Origin: Schizochytrium sp. TIO01
Taxonomy: Eukaryota > Protista > Bigyra: Labyrinthulomycetes
Assembly (NCBI GenBank): GCA_004764695.1
Contig: SMSO01000034.1
Location: 4,650,001-4,714,000, forward strand
Length of the DNA: 64,000 nt
Reading direction: 5' to 3'
The notes below the pieces were generated by a model. That model had not been told where the DNA came from, made no database searches, and was given only the letters and a program-made list of their open reading frames with translations. Made by a program: the position numbers and the translations under genes. Shown in pieces: positions 31,501-40,704 of the stretch. The stretch's first letter is position 1; the number at the start of each line of letters is the position of its first letter.

Positions 31501-32172
31501 TTCTTTCTGCCAAGTTAGTTAGAAGCTTTCACTCTAAGCAAGAGCTCATCCACTTACGACAACTGCGCAAGATCTATAACCTTGCTTCTCAACATCAGTT
31601 GTTGTTTACATCTTCGGTGTCTTGCAAACCCGCAATCACGAAGCGATATAGAAAAACACTCGCATACAGACTTTTTTTGAAGCGAAGGCCACTGTCTGTG
31701 CTTCCCCCCAAGCCTCCATTGATACGCACGAGCGTTGTCAGCGACCGAGGCCGTGGAGCATCCCCATTTCGAGGGTGTACCCGGCATCAACTGCGGCCAC
31801 TTCAAATCGCTTCCCAAGGTTCCTCGACCACCGCACTCACACATTCGCGAGTGCGTGGGCTGGCTGGCTGGTTGATCAAACTAGCTAGCTAGCCATCTGA
31901 GCGACACATAGACCTGACCTTGGCCACAGTAAGAGCAAACGTAGAAGGTGCTTTTACTTTTATATTCTACTGTGTAGACAGCCATTGTCATCGTCGTCGT
32001 CATCATCTTCGCGTTGACGTCTTTGTATTTTTCTTTCCCTGGGTTTCTAAATAGACAGCGGCGGATTGTGAGGTTTAGCCACCCCACCTGCCCCCCTTCT
32101 TATTTGCTTTATTGCCCTTGAGCTTATTGATAAGCCGTCGTCTCACAAATACACGTCTGTACCCCCCTGCAG

Positions 32173-34116
32173 ATGCTGTTGGCGGCAAACTATCCTTCCA
32201 CAAACTCACGAGAAAGCAACAACTTCGTCAATAGCCTGCGTTTCGTTAACGACACCATCGAAGAGCCGGATCACGTTGAGAGCGGCGGTGGGCGTCAATC
32301 AACGCCCATCGCCGCCTCAAGTGAAATTCTACCTCACGAGGAACATCACCAAAGGCAAGACCAGCAGCAAGTTTCTTTGCTTGCTCATCAGCAACACCAA
32401 CAATCTCACAATCTCCCGTTGCAGTGTCTTCCGCCTTTATCACACCAACACTTTGCACAGTCGCAACAACAACAGCGACAACAGTCATCACATCAACAAT
32501 ACATCCTTGAACACCAAGTACACTCTGCTACAGGCTCACGATCTCAACAGCACAGCTCCGCCGGCTTGGGTGCCAGGCCAGACTTTGCTGACACAGAGCA
32601 CGACCCTTCCATATGGGAAAGTGGGCAATCTCGAAGTGCAAACTTGAACATCATTTCGACGACCTCACCTGGCGGTGCGACCGGGGCAAGAGCCTCCGCG
32701 GCTGCGTCGGCAGCAGCAGCAGCGTCAGCGCTCGATAGTGCCTCGGGAGCCCCACCACCATGTCCAACAATCTCCTCAACTAGTGCTACGCCCAATCTGA
32801 TTTCTTCAGTATCAAGTCCTGGTCTGACAGGGGATTCTTCTGCTGCTGCTGTCGAACAGCATCAGGGCCTCCCAGAAGCAGAACTCCCGGATGAGGCAAG
32901 CTATGAGATTACTGTCAAGGATGCACATTGGTTTCTTGATGCTCTTGAGGGCTACCACAAAGTCCAGCTCTCTCAGGAGGAGCGAGACGAGCTCGAAGAA
33001 TCTGGTCTGCGTGAAAAGGCAAAACACCGTAACGCTGTGCTCTTCCAAGATGATCTCTCATTTCTCCTGCGAGGCACTGAGCGCCTTGTTTTTGACGCTC
33101 AAGCATTCTCACGCAGCTCAACCTGCAACGGCGATCGACGTGTCTTTATGCTTCATGAAGCAGCCAAAATTGTGCTCCGTGCTTACCGCCGGAGCCGAGA
33201 TAACGCGCCACCAAAGAGTTGCATCTGGTCTGCGCTCATGTACAGACTAGCCTATTTTATGCAAAAGTCCGGAATCCCGGGTGTGAGTATTGTTGAACAT
33301 GTCGAGGGTGTCCGTCATAAAGAGGCAACACTTGTGGTGCAAGGATATCACATCTCAAGAAGTAACTTCACAAAGCTCGCTCGTCAACTCCTGCGCCGCG
33401 AGGCTGACACTGATGCAGATGATGACATTGCACAGTCGCCACCACCGGGCGGTATTTCGGCCGACCAGGACGCAGTGGACGAAGCTTCTATTGCCGCGCC
33501 AACTGAGCACGACCAATCACATCTTGACGAAATGGACATGGCACATCATCACAGTGGTTCTCTTTATAGGCCTCCTCCTGGAGCTACGGGAGCTACAGGA
33601 GCTACAGCCTCCAGTAGGCGCCCTGCATCAGCAGTTGGGGCCTCCTCACGAGCATCTCCCAGGAACTCGTCTGCATCATCTCCGATGTCTGTCCAAAGCC
33701 GAAACTCGCCCCGTATGCGTCGCAGCAGCGCCCCGGAGCTTCTTAATACTTCCTCTTTCCGCCAAGCATCAAGAGAATCGATTCCTCCATCTGATATTCC
33801 TCTTGTCGAACATTCATACGGCGTTGGAGCATCATCTCATCACCACCATCATCAACAGCAGCAACAGCAAGCTGCTCGATCCCATGCACACATGCAGTCA
33901 CACCACCAACAGCAGCCTGCTACGCACGATGACGAACCCAAACGCAGCTATGGGGCAAGAGGCAACCAGGCAGACTCGCGTGCAGAAGCAGATGACTCCA
34001 AACCTGAAGAAATGGCTGTACCCAAGCACTCGCCATCTTCGCCGGCAGCGCCTCGCTCGCCTTCGAGTGCTCGCGTGCGCTCCGCGCACCCTGTTAGGCG
34101 GAACATTGATGATTGA
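32173..34116 (+). CDS. Hypothetical protein, 647 aa: Q/H/S/A-rich disordered arms around an unrecognised ~175-aa globular core
   Basis: Long ORF with coding-like composition. The ATG directly follows a pyrimidine-rich ...cccccctgcAG acceptor-like site (32171-32172), so upstream exon(s) are likely. Confidence 0.85.
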   Translation: MLLAANYPSTNSRESNNFVNSLRFVNDTIEEPDHVESGGGRQSTPIAASSEILPHEEHHQRQDQQQVSLLAHQQHQQSHNLPLQCLPPLSHQHFAQSQQQQRQQSSHQQYILEHQVHSATGSRSQQHSSAGLGARPDFADTEHDPSIWESGQSRSANLNIISTTSPGGATGARASAAASAAAAASALDSASGAPPPCPTISSTSATPNLISSVSSPGLTGDSSAAAVEQHQGLPEAELPDEASYEITVKDAHWFLDALEGYHKVQLSQEERDELEESGLREKAKHRNAVLFQDDLSFLLRGTERLVFDAQAFSRSSTCNGDRRVFMLHEAAKIVLRAYRRSRDNAPPKSCIWSALMYRLAYFMQKSGIPGVSIVEHVEGVRHKEATLVVQGYHISRSNFTKLARQLLRREADTDADDDIAQSPPPGGISADQDAVDEASIAAPTEHDQSHLDEMDMAHHHSGSLYRPPPGATGATGATASSRRPASAVGASSRASPRNSSASSPMSVQSRNSPRMRRSSAPELLNTSSFRQASRESIPPSDIPLVEHSYGVGASSHHHHHQQQQQQAARSHAHMQSHHQQQPATHDDEPKRSYGARGNQADSRAEADDSKPEEMAVPKHSPSSPAAPRSPSSARVRSAHPVRRNIDD

Positions 34117-34899
34117 CTGATCAAAAGCAATATAAATCTCATCTGACCAACTAAATACTAATTACACAGCTTTGAAGATCTTTTCCTTCGCGAACGTATT
34201 GTCTCCTCGTGATTATTCCGAGAATTTCATCCTTCTCCCTCCACTCCCAAAACTGATGTCATTTGCAGACGAAATTTAGTCTTGGTTTTTTGGTGTTTTG
34301 TTTTCAACGAAACAGGAGTATCTTACATAGAAGCCGAAGCATAAGCAGATCAAAACGTCCTTGCCTGACTTCATTATGCAACAAAAGACGGCCTGTGCAC
34401 CAGACTTGAGTACTTCGTAATCCCGCTGCAGTTTGAGGACGCAAATTTTACTGAACCCCTTTAGTCTCTCCAGAACATCTCACTTGACAGTGTCCTACCA
34501 AGTGAGATCAATGGTTTCTTTGCCTTTTCTCTGTGAATGCAGACTCGCCCACCCTTTCTGAGCTTGTTGTCTGACCAAGCCTTATCCCCTAACTAAAGCT
34601 AAGGGCAGTTAGGCTCTAAGTACTAGCACACAAATACTAGTCGCTACTAACTCCAAGCAAAGCTACTAGGAACCACCTTAAAAGTGGTTCTCATAACTAG
34701 GGTCTCAACGGTTGATGTTAGAAATAACCAACTCAGCATGATTTTATGAGCAAGACCTGGCTGCTCTTGCATCGCATGACAATTAAGACACCAGAATCAA
34801 AACGCTTGGGCTTGACAGGTGCTAGAGCACACGGCTTAGCAGGCGTACGGCCCAGTCTTGGAGTTGTCAGGGGCAAGCCCAAGTTGGACTGCGAAGGCG

Positions 34900-37086
34900 A
34901 TGCAAGTCGATGTGGACTACTTTACAAGGACACTCAAGCCTCGTCAAAGCACAGCAGGCGAGAATGAGGCAGGGAATGCCAAGGGAGTGAGAGCAAAGGT
35001 AAACAAACTACGACTGTGGAAAAAGATTGAGAGCATTCGCTATCAGCAAAAGAACAAGGCAAACGAACGGAAGCTTACTGCGATTGCTACCTGTCGCAAG
35101 TCTAAGCAAGCTCGAATTTATACTCTCTATGCTGCCACAGAATCTCTCAGTGTGGTACGTAAGAAAACAAAAATCCGCAAATGTTCATGCCTAGCGCTTT
35201 CAGACAATGGAAACTATGCGGCAGCAGCTTTGTCTGATCAGCGTGCAGTGCAGATTTTTGATTTGAGCGTTGCGGAGCATAAGTTGATTGCACGACTAGC
35301 ATTTCCGATGCACAACCCTCTTGCAAAGCTACAAGACCAGGTCCATGCAGTGAAAATTTCAATAGCAGACAATGGAAAAGCACTTCTTTTGTTTACTGAT
35401 AATAACCAAGTATGGTTATATGGTGTCGAGAGCCCGCTAGCATGGCACCTTGTTGCAGATTACCAAGCCGTGCCACAAGCTCTTCATGTACAATGGCTAT
35501 GTACCAAGTCCTCAGAACTCGCCTTTACACTTGCTATGGGCTTTGCGTCATTTGGTCGAGACCCAAAACGATCCATTCTGGCTTTTACTCAAGAAGTCGT
35601 TCGCTGGGATACCTGGTCTGCAAACCTCCAAAGATCTGACTACCATGGATCCCAAATGACAATACATCACGAGCCCATGGATGCATGCGCCGTCCGGGCG
35701 ATGTGCCTTGCCACTACAAACGACGAACACACTTTGAATTTATACGCTTACGCTATCAACTTCTATGCTTCTGCTCATAGGAATCCATTGCTTATTATCT
35801 CACCAAGTCATAGCGAGCAGGTGATTGTTGTTGACATATTTGATGCACTAGCAAATTCATCGGAAAGTAGCCAGCTCCTCCAAACATTTGTGTGTGATTT
35901 GTGCTGGATTACACGCCTTCGAATCCTAGCCATGACCCTCTCAGATGGCTCTCTATGCCTATTTTCCAGTGCAGGTGCACTTCTAAACATTAGTGCACTC
36001 TCAAGTGAATCTTCTTATGAACCACGGCTCACATTCAGAGATTTAGAACCATTTGAGTTGCTTGGTAAAGTAGAACCTCATTTTGCTATATGTCATCACC
36101 CTGAGGCATCAGAACTTACTTGGTGTGATGGACATCGCAACCTCGTCCATGTGAAGCTACCAAACTTAGAACAACAACCCAATACACAAGCAGATGCCTT
36201 TGTATCAGCATTAAGCTCACTTGTTCCACGCATAAGTGGAGCCTTCCCCTTGCTTAAGGGCCTGCATTGTAATATGCGTGTTTCAAATGTTGGAAGGACA
36301 GTTCAAGCCTGGAGAGCATGCATGTTTGCAAGCCCTGCTCCATGGACTGCTCTAGAGCGTGCATGTGTCCAGAACGTCGCAGATTTGCTCATTCAGTCTC
36401 TAACACCCCTTGTGGAGGAAGAACCCCTTGCAGCTTTAAAACTTGCAACACAATCAATTACTGCAGGGCGATTGCAAGTTCACGCACTTCGAGAAACAGC
36501 GTATATTGCATGCGCTCTTGTAGAAGCATTTATCCGCAATGAGGAATTCTATGCAGCGCTGCACACATTGCGTCATGCTGAGGTATCTCTTCGTCACTGC
36601 ACAACGCAAATTTCTGAAGAGTATGGTCCAACTCTTGATCGTCATTGGTGGATGCTCGGGAAAGCATGTAATCAGAAGCTTGAATCTCTTCAAAGTATGC
36701 GAGACCCATCCTCAGATACTGCTGCAGATACTCTGTTGTTGCTTCGAGCAGTGCAAAGCTATTCTTTTCAGCGTTATAACGTTTGGACTACTGAGCGTAC
36801 GAAAGCACTAGATCTGAACTTCAAGGACCTTCAACTCAGCTTACCTGACAATCATGACTCCAAGAGTCTATCAGCAGATATTAGACCGAAGCTTAGATAC
36901 AACAGCGTACCAAGAGGTGACGAGTATTTCTTGATGGGTTTGTATGATCAGGCAGAAGATGAATATGCCTCTCATCCACTTGGTGCATACCCTCTAATTT
37001 GTCTTTGCTTGCGGCGAATGCGGCTTGAAAAGGCGCTGGATTTGGCCGAAACGTGGTGGTCCCAACCTGTAAACGCGCAAAAGTAA
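34900..37086 (+). CDS. CPLANE1: CPLANE1/JBTS17 (C5orf42)-like protein, segment 1 (N-terminal beta-propeller region plus helical region)
   Basis: FVCDLCW..ILAMTLSDGSLCLFSSAGALL and HFAICHHPEASELTWCDGH resemble the CPLANE1 blocks WVGDISW..FLACMLKRGSLVLLTCQGELL and RFSIKAHSRLPYLVISDGY as I recall them. First in-frame ATG at 34900. Ends at a +1 frame break. Confidence 0.65.
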   Translation: MQVDVDYFTRTLKPRQSTAGENEAGNAKGVRAKVNKLRLWKKIESIRYQQKNKANERKLTAIATCRKSKQARIYTLYAATESLSVVRKKTKIRKCSCLALSDNGNYAAAALSDQRAVQIFDLSVAEHKLIARLAFPMHNPLAKLQDQVHAVKISIADNGKALLLFTDNNQVWLYGVESPLAWHLVADYQAVPQALHVQWLCTKSSELAFTLAMGFASFGRDPKRSILAFTQEVVRWDTWSANLQRSDYHGSQMTIHHEPMDACAVRAMCLATTNDEHTLNLYAYAINFYASAHRNPLLIISPSHSEQVIVVDIFDALANSSESSQLLQTFVCDLCWITRLRILAMTLSDGSLCLFSSAGALLNISALSSESSYEPRLTFRDLEPFELLGKVEPHFAICHHPEASELTWCDGHRNLVHVKLPNLEQQPNTQADAFVSALSSLVPRISGAFPLLKGLHCNMRVSNVGRTVQAWRACMFASPAPWTALERACVQNVADLLIQSLTPLVEEEPLAALKLATQSITAGRLQVHALRETAYIACALVEAFIRNEEFYAALHTLRHAEVSLRHCTTQISEEYGPTLDRHWWMLGKACNQKLESLQSMRDPSSDTAADTLLLLRAVQSYSFQRYNVWTTERTKALDLNFKDLQLSLPDNHDSKSLSADIRPKLRYNSVPRGDEYFLMGLYDQAEDEYASHPLGAYPLICLCLRRMRLEKALDLAETWWSQPVNAQK

Positions 37087-38659
37087 TCGCGCCGCACTAG
37101 GCTTACTCGGCACAATTATGGCAGCTGGATTCCTCAATGACCCCAAACTTGCAGCAGTTCCTAGCCCCTGTGCCGAACCTACTCGCCGATCCGTGCGCCA
37201 TCTTGACCTCAACCTCCTCGCCCGACAAAGCCGTAGAGTCGTTCGATGGGATGCCAGGTGGGCAGCATGCTTCCTACTTGCTGATGATAACCAGGTTCTA
37301 TCTTATCAAGTGATCATGAGGGCACGAGATCCACGCCAAGTCTTGCGAGTTTTTGAGACTGGCTTTGTTCGCGATTCATTCGAGATTGAGCAGCGATCAC
37401 AAATTCTTCAGCGGCAGCTAGTTGCTCAACTTGTTTTGAGAGATTTACGCATGTGTGCTCGAATTATCATATATAGTCGCAAGGTGAAGGAAAACTTGCA
37501 CGTGCGTCTTGCACTTTTGTGGATTCTACTGATTGATCTTGATATGGTAGACTTTGAAAACAAAGTGAATCATTTCGTTCTCTCCGTTGATAAGGTCCAA
37601 ATTGATGAATCACGAAGAGTGCATCACGCCCTATATATTGCAAAATTAGTGCTCTTAGTGGCATGGTCTTCAGGTTGTAACCTGACTTGGGAAAGTCCGT
37701 TACTACATGCATCAACTGAAAATGCTAGTGTTCTCCCCGCCCAAGCTGCATGGTTACAGCCTCTACGAGCATTGGTGATCGTGTTTTGGCGGATTACCAC
37801 TAATCAGCCGCGAAATAAGTTGCTCTCCGAGTTTCTGCGTTCCCACGGCAGGCTTGGAGATCTGCCTGGTAGGGAGTGTGAGTTTGATCTCTTTGCAGAA
37901 TGTAATACTCTTTTGGAAACTGCCGATGTTGATTTCACCGAAATTACACAAGTTCTACTGCGAGGCTCGCCCAATTTGGATGATGATGATAATATTGATC
38001 TGGGAAGTGTTGTTTCTCAACCTTTTGATGCTAATGACCCTGAAGGTGATGACTTTGAATGCCTTGAGGGAAAAGGCTCAGAGGATGAAAGTGAATTGCT
38101 TGATGATGAAAATCACACTCCTGGTACTGACTCGGTATCATGTTATACAGATGCTCATGCTGTAAACCAAAACAATCTCACACAAGACTTATTTCAGGAT
38201 GATAGCCAGAGCGCAGCTTCACGAGACAGTGTCCTCGTTCATGAGATCTCCTCTGACCATAGTTATTCTGGAGATGAAGAAGATATGAGTGAAAAATCAA
38301 TCCTTACCATACCCGAACAGAACGGCGAAAACGAAGATGGCGCAGACAATATTTTTGACGATGAACATAGTCAAAATACCAATGCTAAAAGTCACTCATC
38401 CATAAAACTCCCAGAATATGAGGAGTCAGATAGCGATTTAGCTAGCATATATTCTGAAGATAGTAGTGATGAAAGCGACTTTGAGGATCATAGTCTCCTT
38501 AGTAAAGACAATGAATCTCTCTCAATGCCCCTCTCTCCGCCAAGTATGTCAAGCAACAGTTCAGCTGATGGGGAAGTCGAAGGCCCGAGCCCATGGATAT
38601 TTAATACACAAAACCTCGCCTGTTCCTCCGCAGATTATTCACGTCTCCTCGCGAAGTGA
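37073..38659 (+). CDS. CPLANE1: CPLANE1-like protein, segment 2 (+1 frame; helical region then acidic low-complexity region)
   Basis: Frame opens at 37073, overlapping the segment 1 stop. IMAAGFLNDPKLAAVPSP resembles recalled CPLANE1 FMAAYFTNQQLCILPP, which argues for one gene. Confidence 0.6.
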   Translation, partial: TRKSNRAALGLLGTIMAAGFLNDPKLAAVPSPCAEPTRRSVRHLDLNLLARQSRRVVRWDARWAACFLLADDNQVLSYQVIMRARDPRQVLRVFETGFVRDSFEIEQRSQILQRQLVAQLVLRDLRMCARIIIYSRKVKENLHVRLALLWILLIDLDMVDFENKVNHFVLSVDKVQIDESRRVHHALYIAKLVLLVAWSSGCNLTWESPLLHASTENASVLPAQAAWLQPLRALVIVFWRITTNQPRNKLLSEFLRSHGRLGDLPGRECEFDLFAECNTLLETADVDFTEITQVLLRGSPNLDDDDNIDLGSVVSQPFDANDPEGDDFECLEGKGSEDESELLDDENHTPGTDSVSCYTDAHAVNQNNLTQDLFQDDSQSAASRDSVLVHEISSDHSYSGDEEDMSEKSILTIPEQNGENEDGADNIFDDEHSQNTNAKSHSSIKLPEYEESDSDLASIYSEDSSDESDFEDHSLLSKDNESLSMPLSPPSMSSNSSADGEVEGPSPWIFNTQNLACSSADYSRLLAK

Positions 38660-40040
38660 TGATGAAATGCATGCACTTAACCGCTTAAGGAGTCAATATG
38701 GGGAAATGAAACAAATTCTAGACCGACTTGGATCTGATCAACGGCATGCAGAAGAGCGCACAACAAAGCAACTACATGGAGCATTCGAAGCCTTGGCCAG
38801 TCGTCTTGAGCAGATCGCGGAATCAGTACAGATTCGACAAGTAGAATCTATAAGGAACCTAGAAGAAAAACTGCTTACACATCAAACTGCTTCTGGCCAG
38901 AGGCCCGAGGCTGTAACTGAGAATAAGCAATCCGATGAAGTATTGCAGAGCCCTGATAGCGCAAGTGACTCTTCAGAATTTGACCACTACTCACAGAGCT
39001 CGTCACAGCAAAGTGATGAAGAGGATGAAACAAACCTCCCTCATGGCCTCGCAGCCCAGCAATTTCTCCGTCACGTCCGCTATCGAGGCACACGAAGTCA
39101 TTTACGTGAGCCAACAGATAGACTTCCATCCACTAGCTTTGAAGCTGATAAGGAAGAGGCGCACCATTATATGTTTCCAGGTCTGACGACTTCACCAAAT
39201 CCGAGTCGCAAGAAGGCAACCCGTCGATACTGGCCTACGCAACTTGATGAAAACGTACCTCCGCTACTTATGGTCCATCCAACTACAAAACAAACCTCTC
39301 GAATGTATCGCCACAGACGCAATATGGCTCAACACGCTACTATGGCGACCCAGACGGACAATGTTAACGAACTTTCACCTGCTGTAATGAAACCAAAAGA
39401 TACTCTTGCACAGCTAAACACAAATCTCCCAGTAGCCTTGGAGGACTCTGCCCCAATTTCTCCCCCGCCTCCTCCTCCGCCTCCGCCTCGGTCCCTGGTA
39501 TTTCCTGAGCCAGTTTATCAATCGCCAAAGGACTTTGTGCCTTCACCTCCTCCATCACCCCCACCATCACCCCCACCATCATGTTTGCTCTTACAAGAGG
39601 AAGAGCAAATCGAGAGCAATGCTACATTGAGCTTCGATCCTCCTTTGGAAACGCTTGCTAAAAACCACAACTCCAAAGCTGTACAGACCGCTACCCCCCC
39701 GGGTGATCCGGTGTCCGGTGGTGTTGAGATGAGCGAAAGGCTGCGTAAGATTAATCTGCAATCCAAAGAGTTCTCTACACAAGTTTCATTCTTACGTCCT
39801 AGCGCGGAAGGGTATCCCCAAAGTATTCTACCACATGTACCTCCTGATCTTTACCTTCGGATGCGGGCCCATGGAGTTGCGAGCAAATACAACTCCCAAG
39901 AAGGTTTAGCATCCCGTAGTTATCTACATATTGCCCCTTTGAAAGCATCCTCTGTAGGTATTGCTCAACCTGCTCACGAGGAAGTATCGAGGCCTATTTT
40001 TCATAAATCTAAACGGCCTCGTTTCCGTGGAGTACTATAA
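38466..40040 (+). CDS. CPLANE1-like protein, segment 3 (+1 frame again; coiled coil and Pro-rich tail)
   Basis: Overlaps segment 2 by ~200 nt in the +1 frame with no intergenic space. Coding-like sequence starts near 38610 (TSPVPPQIIHVSSRSDDEM). The three segments joined give ~1712 aa. Confidence 0.55.
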   Translation: MMKATLRIIVSLVKTMNLSQCPSLRQVCQATVQLMGKSKARAHGYLIHKTSPVPPQIIHVSSRSDDEMHALNRLRSQYGEMKQILDRLGSDQRHAEERTTKQLHGAFEALASRLEQIAESVQIRQVESIRNLEEKLLTHQTASGQRPEAVTENKQSDEVLQSPDSASDSSEFDHYSQSSSQQSDEEDETNLPHGLAAQQFLRHVRYRGTRSHLREPTDRLPSTSFEADKEEAHHYMFPGLTTSPNPSRKKATRRYWPTQLDENVPPLLMVHPTTKQTSRMYRHRRNMAQHATMATQTDNVNELSPAVMKPKDTLAQLNTNLPVALEDSAPISPPPPPPPPPRSLVFPEPVYQSPKDFVPSPPPSPPPSPPPSCLLLQEEEQIESNATLSFDPPLETLAKNHNSKAVQTATPPGDPVSGGVEMSERLRKINLQSKEFSTQVSFLRPSAEGYPQSILPHVPPDLYLRMRAHGVASKYNSQEGLASRSYLHIAPLKASSVGIAQPAHEEVSRPIFHKSKRPRFRGVL

Positions 40041-40122
40041 GCATATGTAAAAAGAAGAAATTGTAAACTATAGGTTATGCTGTCTTTCATGTTTGCCCTT
40101 AAAATACAACCGAAATTCAATT

Positions 40123-40704
40123 TCATGGAGACTTGGGAGACTTTTGATGCTCATAGCACCAAATCCTGACGACTTGGCCATCTTCAAGAGTCTCTCTATG
40201 TTGAAAAATACCCATTTCACGACGAATCGCCTTTGCTTTGTCCCAGCTCCATCCATGATCTTGCACCGTATGCTTAATGTAACTAAGTCTAGATGGTCCA
40301 TGTGCAAGAGCTTGTTGGAGAAAAGTACGAATCCTAGCCGCGTCATCCTGCTTAATAGGCTCAATATCTGTTTTTGCTGCTCCTGTTGCTGTTCCTGTTG
40401 ATTCTGCTTGGGAAGAGAAAGCGGAAGATGAAGACTTTAATTGTTTGCTTTCCCGTGGTAAAGGCGGAGAAGCGGTAGTCAAACATGCACTGTTTTGGTT
40501 GTCCGCTAACTTATGATTATTGATCTCACGGTTTGATACAAGAGTTGCAGAAGAGGTCTTTTTTGCATCTTCAACATTATCATGAACTTGATCTTGAAAT
40601 GCAGAAGGACGTCGCAGAGCTAATTCTGACATAGCTATTGGTGATCTTGTTATGCTATCAGTTGTATCCATTCGACTTAAGACCGGCGCGTAACTTATTT
40701 TCAA
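40123..40704 (-). CDS. Probable C-terminal continuation (+1 frame) of the channel gene: S/T-rich linker plus small winged-helix-like domain
   Basis: 193-codon ORF overlapping the channel stop in the +1 frame (open from ~40749). Its stop lies ~80 bp from the convergent gene's stop. Confidence 0.6.
   Translation of the reverse strand: MKISYAPVLSRMDTTDSITRSPIAMSELALRRPSAFQDQVHDNVEDAKKTSSATLVSNREINNHKLADNQNSACLTTASPPLPRESKQLKSSSSAFSSQAESTGTATGAAKTDIEPIKQDDAARIRTFLQQALAHGPSRLSYIKHTVQDHGWSWDKAKAIRREMGIFQHRETLEDGQVVRIWCYEHQKSPKSP

Noticed and set aside
16537-31892. Many overlapping 60-156 aa ORFs
   Set aside because: Arise from GC-rich and purine/pyrimidine-tract sequence on both strands; no domain, no consistent frame, often non-ATG starts.
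33290-34120. 276-aa ORF overlapping the orphan gene in the +1 frame
   Set aside because: TTG start. Its composition is the shifted shadow of the repetitive S/Q/H/A codons of the main frame, which is itself uninterrupted.
37083-37124. Tiny GT-AG introns (18 or 42 nt) as the explanation of the first CPLANE1-like break
   Set aside because: Both lengths are multiples of 3 and would not move translation into the +1 frame.
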